Notes under the pieces: generated by a model
Databases searched by the model: none
Told to the model about the DNA's origin: nothing
The model's input: only the letters and a program-made list of their open reading frames with translations
Translations under genes and position numbers: made by a program
Part shown: piece by piece, positions 25,645-36,270 of the stretch
Layout of the letters: each line of letters begins with the position of its first letter
How positions within the stretch are numbered: position 1 is the stretch's first letter
Assembly: GCA_013265495.1 (NCBI GenBank)
Contig: MU057744.1
Coordinates: 808,001 to 872,000 of the forward strand
From: Vicugna vicugna
Taxonomy: Eukaryota
Direction: 5' to 3'
DNA length: 64,000 nt

Positions 25645-26039
25645 TGAGTTCCCATTTCGAGAGCATAGTTAGCCAGAACTTTGCATGGGTTCTACTTCTA
25701 GACGCTCTTGGACCAAGTTTAAACTCTCTAGCTGCCCTTAGAAGGACTGGCCTGTTCCCAGGGCATCTGTGGGGTCCTAGCAGTGCAGATCCCCGGGCCC
25801 CAGAGCCCAGCCCTCCCACTCGGTCTTCCTCCTCCGCCTCCCCTCTGCCTGGTCTGCACACAGATCACCAGAGGGTTCAGAAGGCTACCCCCTGGCACCG
25901 TGGGCAGGGCACCGATTCTTTTCTAAACACAAAGCCATCTCTATGCACTGCCTCCCAGAGGAAAATTGCAGATGAAGCTCAGAGTGTGACAAGTCCGGAC
26001 TGCTCTTCGGGAGGTCAGACTGGCCTGAAAGACGGAGGT

Positions 26040-26640
26040 ACCTTATGACCCTCAATACACCGTGAGCCGGACTTCACAAGAAACTGGGTAAAGAGTATTA
26101 CCCACTGAAAGACTGCTTAAGATGAATCCAATCTCCGCACAAGAAAACTTGAGATGCCTTGGAAAGATCTGGATCATAAGTGGGAAAAGAAAAAAAGAAA
26201 AGCTCATTGAGGTCTTCCCAAACTCACAACAATCCAAAAAATGCACATGAGTAACAATTACGAATTGTGCAGCTGAAACTCTCCTGAATTTCAATAATAA
26301 AAGCAGGATTTGAGCAATTGTGCTAGAGAAAAGAATTCACTTTCTATTCTCTCTACAGAGAGAAATTTATATTGCAGAATCATTCTTAGATGAAGAGGAG
26401 TATGAAGACCCAAAAAATGTAGGGAAAAGGGAATTTAGAGATGCCTCAGATAATAAGCAAAAAGACAGCATTATTCTCCTGGATTTGGGGGTGTTTGCAG
26501 TACCAGTCAGCTTCTAAAATGTGTGATGTGTTATTGTAAATAAATTATTGACTTTAGAATCCTACTTGCATTACTCTTCCCCTAAGGAGGGTCTCGAACA
26601 TTGAAGAACGAGCTTCAGGACTGACAGGCCCTGAGATGTG
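26040..26640 (+). mobile_element. hAT-Tip100 (Zaphod/Arthur-like) transposase 3' fossil
   Basis: The frame from 26200 reads KLIEVFPN...ITNCAAE...VLEKRIHFL with stops, resembling the hAT C-terminal dimerisation domain (FPN..P.TS...ER.FS...R). Confidence 0.7.
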
Positions 26641-27632
26641 ACGGGTGGAGTCAGCTTCCTCTTCCGCAAGAGCTACTTGGAGCCTGATTCCTGGAGATGA
26701 AAATGGGAAGCTAGAAGAAGAATGTGGCAGAGAGCAGGCCGCTTAAATGCCCTTCTGAGACCCTCTGGAGAGAGCTGGCTCTAATCCCTCCCGTCCCCCA
26801 GACTTGAGCAGACCACGGACGCCGCCTTCCCTGGAGCAGAACCCGGGGTCTGCGGTTCATACTCTTTGGGGCACTTGGTGGTAGGGAACATTCCACTCTG
26901 TTTTCAGGCGAATAGGTAATGTTCCATGCTCGTGACACTGTGGGCTTCAGTTTACACGAAGTTCCCTTTTTACCACAGATCCACTCAATGCCAAAGTTTT
27001 GATGAGTCATTGAATCGTTAAAAGGACACGGAGTGGATTCACAACATTGCGTTAGTCTCTGGTGTGCAGCATAGGGCTTCAGTTATACACGTATGTATTC
27101 TTTTCAACATTCATCGGTTATTACAAGGTACTGAGAGCATCAGGAGGGCTACACCGTCTGCCTGTTTGCTTCGACAGCAGTTAAGCATTGTTCTAGATTT
27201 GGAGTTTGCTCCGAACAACCCCGTGAGGCTACCTGACTGAATTAAAATCTGATACGCCCGTTACTGGGGAGGGTGAAACGTTCTAATACAGACTCATGAC
27301 CATAGTCGCACCCTGGGTGAAGTCACTAAAAATCACTGGTTTGTGCACTTGAGCTGGGTGAATTTTAAGGCCCAACAAAGTTGTTTTAAAACCTTGATAT
27401 GCTCCAACGTGTTTACATTTAGGGATTACAAACATGAACTAAATAAAAATAGACAGGTACATCCGATTTCACAAAGTGTTAGGATTTGTTGAAACCGGAA
27501 CTTCCACAGAAGAATCATCTTAGCTTGCAGAACTCTCGTCACTTAGGCTGTCTCACCCACTCCCCTGAATCTCCTAGCAATCCCGAAACATTTGAAACCC
27601 TTAGCTTCCGAAGTTTAAGATTGCAATTTAGA

Positions 27633-28312
27633 GCTGGAGAGGGTGTGGAGGAAAGGGAACCCTCCTACACTGCTGGTGGGAACGCAGTTTGGTGCAGCCA
27701 CTGTGGAGAAAATATGGAGGTTCTTCAAAAAACTAAAAATAGACTTACCATACGATCCAGCAGTCCCGCTCCTGGGCATACAGCCAGAGGAAGCTCTAAT
27801 TCAAAAAGACACCTGCACCCCAGTGTTCACAGCAGCACTGTTTACAACAGCCAAGACATGGAAACAGCCTAAATGTCCATCGACAGGTGACTGGATAAAG
27901 ATGCTGTGGAATATTTATACGACGGAATACTACTCAGCCATAAAGATAATAAAATAATACCATATGCAACAACATGGATGGACCTGGAGATTGTCATACT
28001 AAGTGAAATAAGTCAGACAGAGAAAGACAAATATGATTCCACTTATATGTGGAATCTTAAGAAAGACACAAATGAACTTATTTACAAAACAGAAACAGAC
28101 TCACAGACACAGATACACACTACTATATATATATTAGATAAACAACAGGGTCCTACTGCATAGCACAAGGAAATACATTCAATTTCTTGTAGTAACCTAT
28201 AATGAAAAAAATATGAAAAAATATGAATGTATACATGTGACTGAAAAATTATGCTGTACACCAGAAATTGACGCAACATTGTAAACTGACTATAGCCAAT
28301 TTTTTAAAATGC
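27633..28312 (+). mobile_element. L1 with ORF2 C-terminus and 3'UTR
   Basis: LPYDPAVPLLGI...WKQPKCP...WI. TSD ttgcaattt(a/g)ga at 27621-27632 and 28313-28324. Confidence 0.95.
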
Positions 28313-29317
28313 TTGCAATTTGGACCAGAAAGCCCCATAAGAGACGTTGATTTTGTCCTAAATTGCTGAGAACTGTGGCCAGGGAATCCATTGCTCATTC
28401 AATAATGAGTCAAATACCTAATATGTGTTGACTGTAGAAAGGAAGAGTTTCTCATGTTTTTCTATCACTACATTTGGTGAAGCAGGACACATCACTGAGA
28501 GCAAAAAAAAAAAGTCTTTTAGGAGTGGACTCTAGAGACTGAAAGCCACATGACACGAAGTTTTCAGCGGTGAATTTAAAAAATGTAAAAACGCAGCAAT
28601 CTGTGTCTGTTGCAACTGCTGAGCCACTTCATCTAGCAATTTCCACCATTAACAGGAGTAAGTGTCATCTCCGTGGTCTAGGGGCCACGCCCTCTTTAGC
28701 TGACTGATGCTCCCGCCGAGTGTGCCCCCTTTAGGGGCCTTCCCTAACAGCGGACACTGAGCAGGCTGTGGTTAGTTACGTTGTTTCTATCTCATTTCTC
28801 TGGCTGGCATCAGCAGTACCAAGCAGCAGGGTACTCTTTTCCTGGAAAATTCCAGCAAGGATTTGTTAATTGAAATGAACTACTTACCACCGTGGAAATT
28901 CTCATCCCCTGAGGTGGCACACAGGCAGGCACGCTTGACCTGGCATGGAGCGTGGGTGGGGGTGTGGGGAAGCTCCGGAAGGCCGGGCATGCGGGGGTCA
29001 GTAGTCCCGGAGCAGCTGCACAGCTCGGGGTTCCCAGGTACCTGAACGCTCAGTCAGGACAGGAGGTCCGGAGCTGGGAGAGATGCTTGGTGACGGCTGG
29101 ATCCCAGTGACCAGATGAGGGGCAAAACAGACATTCCTTCCTTGGTCTGCTTTCCTCTCACCCCTCAAATATTTAAAAGAATTTTTGAGGAGTGCTGACA
29201 GATATCAAAAAAAGATAATTTCGTGCAGATGTCATATCGTTTTCCTAAAAAGTTACTTCTAAACGTTTAATTACGTGTGTATCATCATTTGGGGAAATCT
29301 ATCACAGCACAGGAGGC

Positions 29318-30265
29318 TGTTTGTTGCCACTTTGGCCCCCAGCCTCTGAGCTCCCTTCCTACCTCGGGGAATGTCCTATTCTAGGAAGTAGAAGCACCTA
29401 CCGTGGAAGCTGAAGGTGCCAGATTCTCATGTTCTCAGCCACTGTTGCCGCTGGGATGTGGGCATGTGGTCTAGGCTCAGCCAATCCGATGGCTCTGCCG
29501 CAGACGTTGAATTGGAAACCTAGACTCGAAGCAGCCTGAACTGCACACTTTACTCTGGAGAGGGACTCACTCCCCCAGCACGGCTTGACAAACCGTCTTC
29601 ATAGCCCACCCCCACCATCCAGGCCGGCCTTGCATTCCTTGCCTTGCTTGCGTCTCCAGATGGCTGTAGGGTACACGTCTGGCCAGGGAGACAGAGATGG
29701 AGATCTGTCTTGAGATTTCTTGGAAACCTTTTGCCTTCTTGATACCTCAGGAGCCACCTTGCTGTCTTCTCCCCATTTCTGCCTGGAAGGCAAATGTAAT
29801 ATTGAGGGCTGCAGCAGCCATCTTGCAACCACGAGGGAACCATCCTGAAGATGAAAGCCAATATGCACAGGGTGGTAAAGCAGATCAAAAGAGCCGGTGT
29901 CCCTGGAAGGGTTTTTAGATAGCTGAATCCATGTTTGCAACAGCTAATTTCTAGAGATGTGAGAAAAATAAGCATTTACGTTTAACCTATGATTAGCTGG
30001 GTTTTTTACTATTTGCGTGTTCATTCCTAATTGATACAGGCAGTGTCCAGCGTCCAGCATGGGTGAGGCCTGTGGTTCAAACCAGCATGTCAGCGCCTGG
30101 GGTGGCAGCAGTGGTGGTGTTGTGACAGAACCGGTTCTGCAGCATTATTTTGGGTGTCATTCTACTTTCTTAGCCTCCAAACTCCTCCAGGATGCCCGAG
30201 GATGCCGTGAGCTCCACAAAGGGCCTTTTAATATATTCTTTTTCTGCTTAAATTTACCAAAGTTT
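29318..30265 (+). mobile_element. ERVL LTR (LTR33/LTR16-like) interrupted by an MLT1J/K-like LTR (about 29550-30038)
   Basis: gggcatgtggtctaggctcagccaatc; inner gcagcagccatcttgcaacca...ctaattgataca; outer end aatatattctttttctgcttaaattt. Confidence 0.55.
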
Positions 30266-30329
30266 AATAACAATGATAGGAAAAGATGAGCTCATTAGGG
30301 TGGGTCTTAATCCAACATGACTGCAGTCG

Positions 30330-31467
30330 GCCCTCCTGACCAAGGATCCCACTTGACCCAGGAGAAGAAATGTGGTGTGTTAATGTCTGTCCCCCAGCAG
30401 CTGCTGGCCTGATGGAATAGTGAAATGACTAACTGTGGCCTAAGTTCCAGTGCCTGCTGAAAGGCACTGCGGCTATCCAACAGCACACAGAGGATCTTCT
30501 GAATTCAGTGCCAGTGTGTGGTGTTGGTTATCTTGAAGCCTGAATACGTAGCTGTATGGTCCAAGCGGATGGCTTCCCTCAGGAATACAACAATGATCTA
30601 CTGCTGAATTTTTAATTCCTCTTCCCTTTACATCTGGGCTCTGCTAGTTTGAAGGTCTCAGCAGTCAGTGAGGAATTCCTCCGCCAGGAGACTCAAGCGT
30701 GGTTCCTTTGAGATTGAAGTCGAGACCCTGGCTATTCCAGACTCCCCGTGCTAGTGGGTGAAAACGCAAAAAGGCACGTGATGGTGGTGACAATCAAGGG
30801 GGTGCCAGGTTGCCGTTGTATGATGGGTAATGGAGGCCAGTAGCTAGAATTCAGCCGTGGTGGTGCCGCATGTTACCGTATGCCCAGTGGAAAACAAATT
30901 TTCATTAAAAAATTAATGCACTCAGCTCCCTCAGAATAAGGATTCTCCCCTGATTAGAGGTGCCTGATAAAGGGAGAGGGGAGGTTTGGAGTGTGCGTTT
31001 AAGAGAGGAGTCATAAGTTGACATAATTACATACCAATGAAAGCCTTGTGGCCAATGGCAAAAATAACAACTCTAACTTCCAATTGTATTTTCTTCCTTG
31101 CTGTGTTATATGTATATTTGCATCTATTTTTAATGAATCACCCTTTACTTTTAACTGTCTCCCATTTTATATAGGATAAATTCAAGATAGATATGTTAAC
31201 ACTTTAATCTTTAAGTTCAGAACATTGAGAGGGCTGTGACAGGTAAAGGAGGAAGGACTCATCGCCCAGAGGTCCTGGAATTTGAGCTGGACACAGATGT
31301 CCTTTAGTGCGACCCTTTTGGAGGAAGGAGTGAAGGTACTTTTTAATTGTACAAGGAATGTAGCTTTATATTAAGTGGAAGCATTTTTATTTTATACAGT
31401 TTTAATTTTGAAAATTGTAAGAGTGGTAAGAAGCAAATCCGATGCTGGGTGTTAAAAGGGACAGACT
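30330..31467 (+). mobile_element. Degraded ERV-L internal region (integrase plus dUTPase-like)
   Basis: DQGSHLT (30338), AAGLME**N (about 30400), LGSASLKV (30634), PPGDSSVVPL (about 30680). Purine tract aaaagggacagac precedes an LTR-like tgtagaca. Confidence 0.7.
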
Positions 31468-31469
31468 AT

Positions 31470-31875
31470 TGTAGACATTTGGCATTGTCTGGGGCAGCTT
31501 GGGAGCATGGTAAAGACTGCTAGCTCCTTCCCAAATCCATCCTCCTTGTCCTCCCTGACCTTTTGCTGTGTGTATTGCGTGTGGAATAAAAACTGCATTT
31601 CCCAACCTCTCTCCAGCTATCTTATTAAGGTGAGTTCTGCCAATGAGTAGTGATGCATGGTGTGATATTTCTGGGAAGGCTCCCTGAACAAGAGAGGACA
31701 AGTGCTCTTTAGTCCTTCCCTGTTCCTCCTAATGCCAGCCTGGGAGGTGGGTGCAATGGCTGGAGAGCCAGAAGCCATCTTGGATCAAAGGTTGTCTTGG
31801 GAACAGAGGTCCTGCCTGGTGGAGGGGAAATATGAGAGCCTCTGATGACACTGGATTCTTTCAGTTTAATAAAAT
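31470..31875 (+). mobile_element. LTR (MLT1J-like, possibly within a 3' ERVL LTR)
   Basis: actgcatttcccaacctctct...gagttctgccaatgag...tttctgggaagg...gccatcttgga. Confidence 0.6.
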
Positions 31876-31884
31876 AGAAGGAGA

Positions 31885-32400
31885 CATGTTCTGAATGTCC
31901 AGGCAAGCACAGGGAAGACATTGGTAAGCAAGGCACAGTTTCTACCCTAGGAAACTTATAAACAAGTGGGGTGGAGTGACAGTTATACAAAGATGCTCTG
32001 GAAGCACACAGGTGGTGCACCTAGGTGGATGGTGGGTGGAGTGGTCTGGGAAGACTTTCTGGAGGAAGTAACCCTCTTACACATGAATAGGATTTGGCTA
32101 GTCGTGGGAGGAAAGGGTGGAAAGACTTTTCTTGGCAACAGAAGTTAAGAGGTGTTAACATTCATTAACACCTCTTAAGAGACAAGTCTGGGGGTAAGCT
32201 AGGGTAGAGTTTGGACTTTATCCTCAGAACAATGCTTCATTTGGACAAGTGAAAGGAATGTAAACATGGGAGTGACATGGCCAGATTTATTTTTCAGAAG
32301 GATCATTCTAGCTGCTTTGTGCAGAATGGATTTGGGGAACAAGATCAGTGCTGAGGAGACAGGGAGAAGAGAGGAACTGCAAAAGGAGCGTGACACCTTG
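31885..32400 (-). mobile_element. L2 fragment
   Basis: ggaagactttctggaggaagt, ggactttatcct, gagtgacatggccagattt...aaggatcattctagctgc. Confidence 0.7.
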
Positions 32401-33526
32401 GCTCTGGTGAAGCACCTGAAATACACAGGGGAGGGTGTAAACACTAAATAATTTGTTGAAAAAGCAGGGCTGGATCCAGGCTCCGCGGGGGTCTTTTTAG
32501 GAAAAAGGACACACAATTAGGCACGAAGTTGACTTTCACTGAAGATGAAAAAATAAACCATAAGAAATTACTGAAATCTTGGAGATTCGGGTTCCTTTTT
32601 TCCTGCTTACTCGAACTGCTTGCCTAGAAATGCCTCCAGGAAGCAGGCTGGAGAGCCCTCCCTGCCCACAGCACCCTACACCTCCGACACCCCAAGAAAG
32701 ACCCTGGAGACTCGCCCTGGGGAGGAAACTGAGTCAACTGGCCGTCTTGGAGGAGCGACCCTTCAGCCACAGCAAACCACAGAGGCTCGTTGGTCTGATA
32801 AACGGACCGTCCTACTACTGCCTGGGTCGGACTGTAATGGGAGGCAGTACACCGAGAGCGCAGTCACCCCCACCCTGAGGTCCTGCGGCCTCCCTCCCTC
32901 CGCTGACTCGCCGCCTGGCTCCCCGCTGCACGAGCTGCTTTGCGGGGACGGGAGGGGCGAGCACCCTTCCTGGCGCACGGCGCGGGCACACGGTGCGGAT
33001 GGATCTCCGGGAGAAAACAGGCCGGCTTACCGCCAAGACCAGGCAGCAGCCGCGGGGACCATTCCTTTCCTCACTCTGCGTATGCAAACTTGACCTCAAA
33101 CACAAAAACCTTGTCTTTGGTATTTCTGGACTTAGAACTCAACATCACCCCAGCAGGAGATTTCTAAAGAAAAAACACCGGCCAGTTCATAGTCACAGAG
33201 CCGTGAAGTTCTTATTTTTAATGTTAAAAAATTGCAACGTATGTCATTGTTGAAATAAAATAACTAACTTCTGCAAAACAACAAGTAATCATCAGCTGAG
33301 ACCGGGTGGCGCGTGGATCAGTCCCAGGAGAAGTGGGCGGCGGGTACCAGGCTGCCGGTCCTGGGGGCTTCGGGGGCGGAGCGGTGCGGGAGCGCGCAGA
33401 GCGCGGGGCGGGGACTCGCGGGGCGAGGCGCGGGGCTGCTGGGGGCGCGCGGTGCGGGGGACGGGACTCCTGGGGGCGCGCGGGACAGGGGGCGGGGCGG
33501 AGATTCCAGGGGCGCGCGGCCAGGCG

Positions 33527-33551
33527 NNNNNNNNNNNNNNNNNNNNNNNNN
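33527..33551. other. Assembly gap (25 N) in the GC-rich promoter
   Basis: Run of n characters. Confidence 1.
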
Positions 33552-33728
33552 TGGGGTGCGCGGTGCTGAGCCGCGGCGCGCGGGGCTGGCGGGCGCGCGG
33601 GCGCGCGGGGGCGGCGGGCGCGGCGCTGCCAATCGCAGACGGAGGCCGCCCAGTGAATCATGTGGTGCCGGGGGAGGAAGTGCGGCTTGTTTTCTTTCCT
33701 CTAGTCGCCGGGCTCCGGGTGGAGAGAG

Positions 33729-33782
33729 ATGCGCGGCGACCCCCGCGGGGGTGGCGGCGGCGGCGGCGGCGAGTCCCGATGA
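33729..33782 (+). promoter_or_regulatory. 5'UTR u[20 protein letters not shown] with its stop overlapping the GPR137B ATG
   Basis: ATG at 33729, (GGC)6 at 33753-33770, TGA at 33780-33782 overlapping ATG 33779-33781. Translation of the uORF is not shown. Confidence 0.7.
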
Positions 33783-34192
33783 GGCCCGAGCGCCCCCGGC
33801 CGCGCCGCAGCGCCCCCGGCCCGATGGAGGCCCCGCCGTGGGACCCCCTCCGCAACGACTCGCTGCCGCCCACGCTGACCCCCGCCGTGCCCCCCTACGT
33901 GAAGCTCGGCCTCACCGTGGTCTACACCGTGTTCTACTCGCTGCTCTTTGTGTTCATCTACGTGCAGCTCTGGCTGGTGCTGCGCTACCGCCACAAGCGG
34001 CTGAGCTACCAGAGCGTCTTCCTCTTCCTCTGCCTCCTCTGGGCCTCCCTGCGGACCGTGCTCTTCTCCTTCTACTTCAAGGACTTCGTGGCGGCCAACG
34101 CGCTCAGCCCCTTCGTCTTCTGGCTGCTCTACTGCTTCCCCGTGTGCCTCCAGTTCTTCACCCTCACGCTGATGAACCTGTATTTCACGCAG
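33779..34192 (+). CDS. GPR137B: GPR137B coding exon 1 (codons 1-138, [23 protein letters not shown]...MNLYFTQ)
   Basis: Translation matches the recalled GPR137B/TM7SF1 N-terminus and TM1-3 ([37 protein letters not shown]). ATG at 33779, 414 nt, donor CAG|GTGAGT at 34192/34193. Confidence 0.97.
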
Positions 34193-36059
34193 GTGAGTCG
34201 CGGGAAGCCACGCCCGCGGGCGAGAGGCACCTGGCGGCGCGCGCCTGGCGGGGGCGAGGCGGCCGTGGCGGGCCGGTCCCCGAGCCGCAGGGCTGAGCGT
34301 GTGGCGAGGACAAAGCACGGGTTCTGGGCTGGTCTGAGCCCGGTTCCACCTGCAGGCCTTTCTCCCAGGTAACGACCTCCCGTTCGCAAAGGAGGCAAAG
34401 GAGGAGGAAAAGGGACGTGAGGGCTGGGGGCCACCCATTACCCGCTGCCCTCAGCTGGGCGCATCCAGTCGGGTACCGGTGGGAGGTGTGCCCACCAGGG
34501 AGACGTGAGCTCCAGCGTTTCTCATCTAGACCCTCATTCCAAAGCTTCGAAGCCCCAGCATGCACGTTGGTCTCTAGACTGGGGCCAGACACTGGGTTTT
34601 TGAGTGACGGGAGGGTGGGGCATTCCTGGTGGGGATGGGGTGCTGTGAGCTAGGCGCCCCACCGCTGACGAACTCCTCCGCAGGACTGTCCCACAGCAGC
34701 CGGGGTGCCACCACCCTGCTACCGCGCTGGTGCAGCGGGCGGGCTGAGCTCATCCGAGCGGCCCCGAGAAAAAGCCGTAAAAGTTGACTGCGGCGCTTTT
34801 ATAGGCATACGGGAGTCATTTTATGGAGCATGTTGTTAATAAGCTAATGGGAGAAGCGCCAGTTGTCTTGGCTGTTGTGACCGTTGACTTAGTAGAGTCC
34901 TTTCCAAGCACTGTGTGAGGTGTGGCATGAAGGCGGAGCAGCACAAGGCCGCCATTGTCATCGCCGTCACCTCTGCTTCCCAGAAGCTGTCTGAGCCCTG
35001 AAGTGTCCGTTTTCGCCAGGACCCTGCCCGGGGGAAAGGCACCAACTGTGTCACCCGGCGAGGGGCGTTCAGAGCTGTCGTTTGGGTGGGCTTTGTGCCA
35101 GCAAGCAGTCCACTCCTCTCAGTGGTGGCCTTATATATTGGAAGAAAATGTCGTTGATTAAAAAAACGAAAAAAAGAGTAGTGGAGAAGGGCTGGCCCTA
35201 GGATGGGGGAACCCTGGACTGAAAATCTGGAGGAAATACCCTTGGCTGAAAACTAACAAATGGACTGTTCAGTAGCCAGTATAATCTTATCGAACAGGAT
35301 CTCTGCTCAGAGCCTTCTCCTAAGTCCAGAGTATCAGCATATTTTCTGGTCCGTGAGTAATGTGTATCATCTGTCCAAATACTGCTTTTCAGCCCTAAAA
35401 CCAGTTCAGGCAGTCAGCTACATTGCAGACGCTCCGGCGTTTTAATTGGATTGCAGGGAGTGATTTCAAGCAAGACACAAAGGTCAGGTAGGTTGATGTT
35501 ACTTCAAGGACTGTGACGATGGACTGACTGCACGTGAAGATCTTTATACTGGTCCCTTTTTGAGAAAAAAAAGTGCGAGAGGAAAGCGGAGGGCACTAGC
35601 ACGGCTCTCTGGCGATCGCACGCGGATTCTGCACTGGGTCAGGGGCAGGGCTGCTGCACATTTTCTGCACCATCTGCTGGTTGGCAAGGAAGTGCTGAGC
35701 GAGGGAAAGAGTGACCGGCAGACAGCCTCTCAAGCCAGGAGTCCACAAGCCACCGCCCTGGCTGCTTTATCAATCTCAGGTCTTGTTTTCTGTCTGTCTC
35801 TGGGGTGGCTGGCAGGAGAAGGTGGCAGTGACTGCTGGCATCTCAGACCCTGGTTTCCTGACAAATACACTTCCGAGGGCATGATAAAGGGGCTGTCCTT
35901 TGACTCCCAGCTCCGACACCCCTCTCCCCCCCCTCCCCTCCCACACTCCTCTTCAGCAGGGTTCTCGCCCACTGGAATGGCTGGGGGAGCCTTAGGGACC
36001 GCTGCTGCCCAGGCCCCATCTCAGAGCGTGTAAACCAGATTGTGGACAATGGGGGTCGT

Positions 36060-36270
36060 GGCTAACGATTAAGAAGCATGTGCTGTGTGCTGGCCACGCA
36101 CTAAGCGGTTTGGCTTACTGCGTCTTCACAGCCACCCTCTGAAGGAAGTACCGATGGTGTTCCCATTTTTCTGAGGATGGTCCGGGAGGTTATATGACTT
36201 GCTCAGGGTCACACGACCATCGAGCCCTGGAGCTGGGAGTCATGCCCAAATCTGTGACGTCGGAGTGCAG
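36060..36270 (-). mobile_element. MIR (intron 1)
   Basis: tcttcacagccaccctctgaagg...cccatttt...tgacttgctcagggtcacac. Confidence 0.7.

Larger units (their letters stand above)
32780..34800. promoter_or_regulatory. CpG island / promoter of GPR137B
   Basis: Very high GC and CpG density around exon 1 and multiple GGGCGG boxes. CCAAT at 33629-33633, TCATGTG at 33658-33664, GAGGAAGTG at 33674-33682. Boundaries estimated by eye. Confidence 0.9.

Noticed and set aside
33660..33704. Second upstream [17 protein letters not shown]
   Set aside because: Its ATG lies inside the M-box in the probable core promoter and is likely upstream of the TSS. It cannot be supported without CAGE.
33313..34438. Long overlapping ORFs (327 aa +, 245 aa -) and the N-terminal extension of ORF 33452..34372
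   Set aside because: Shadow frames of GC-rich exon 1, two of them crossing the N gap. Homology begins at ATG 33779 and ends at the splice donor.
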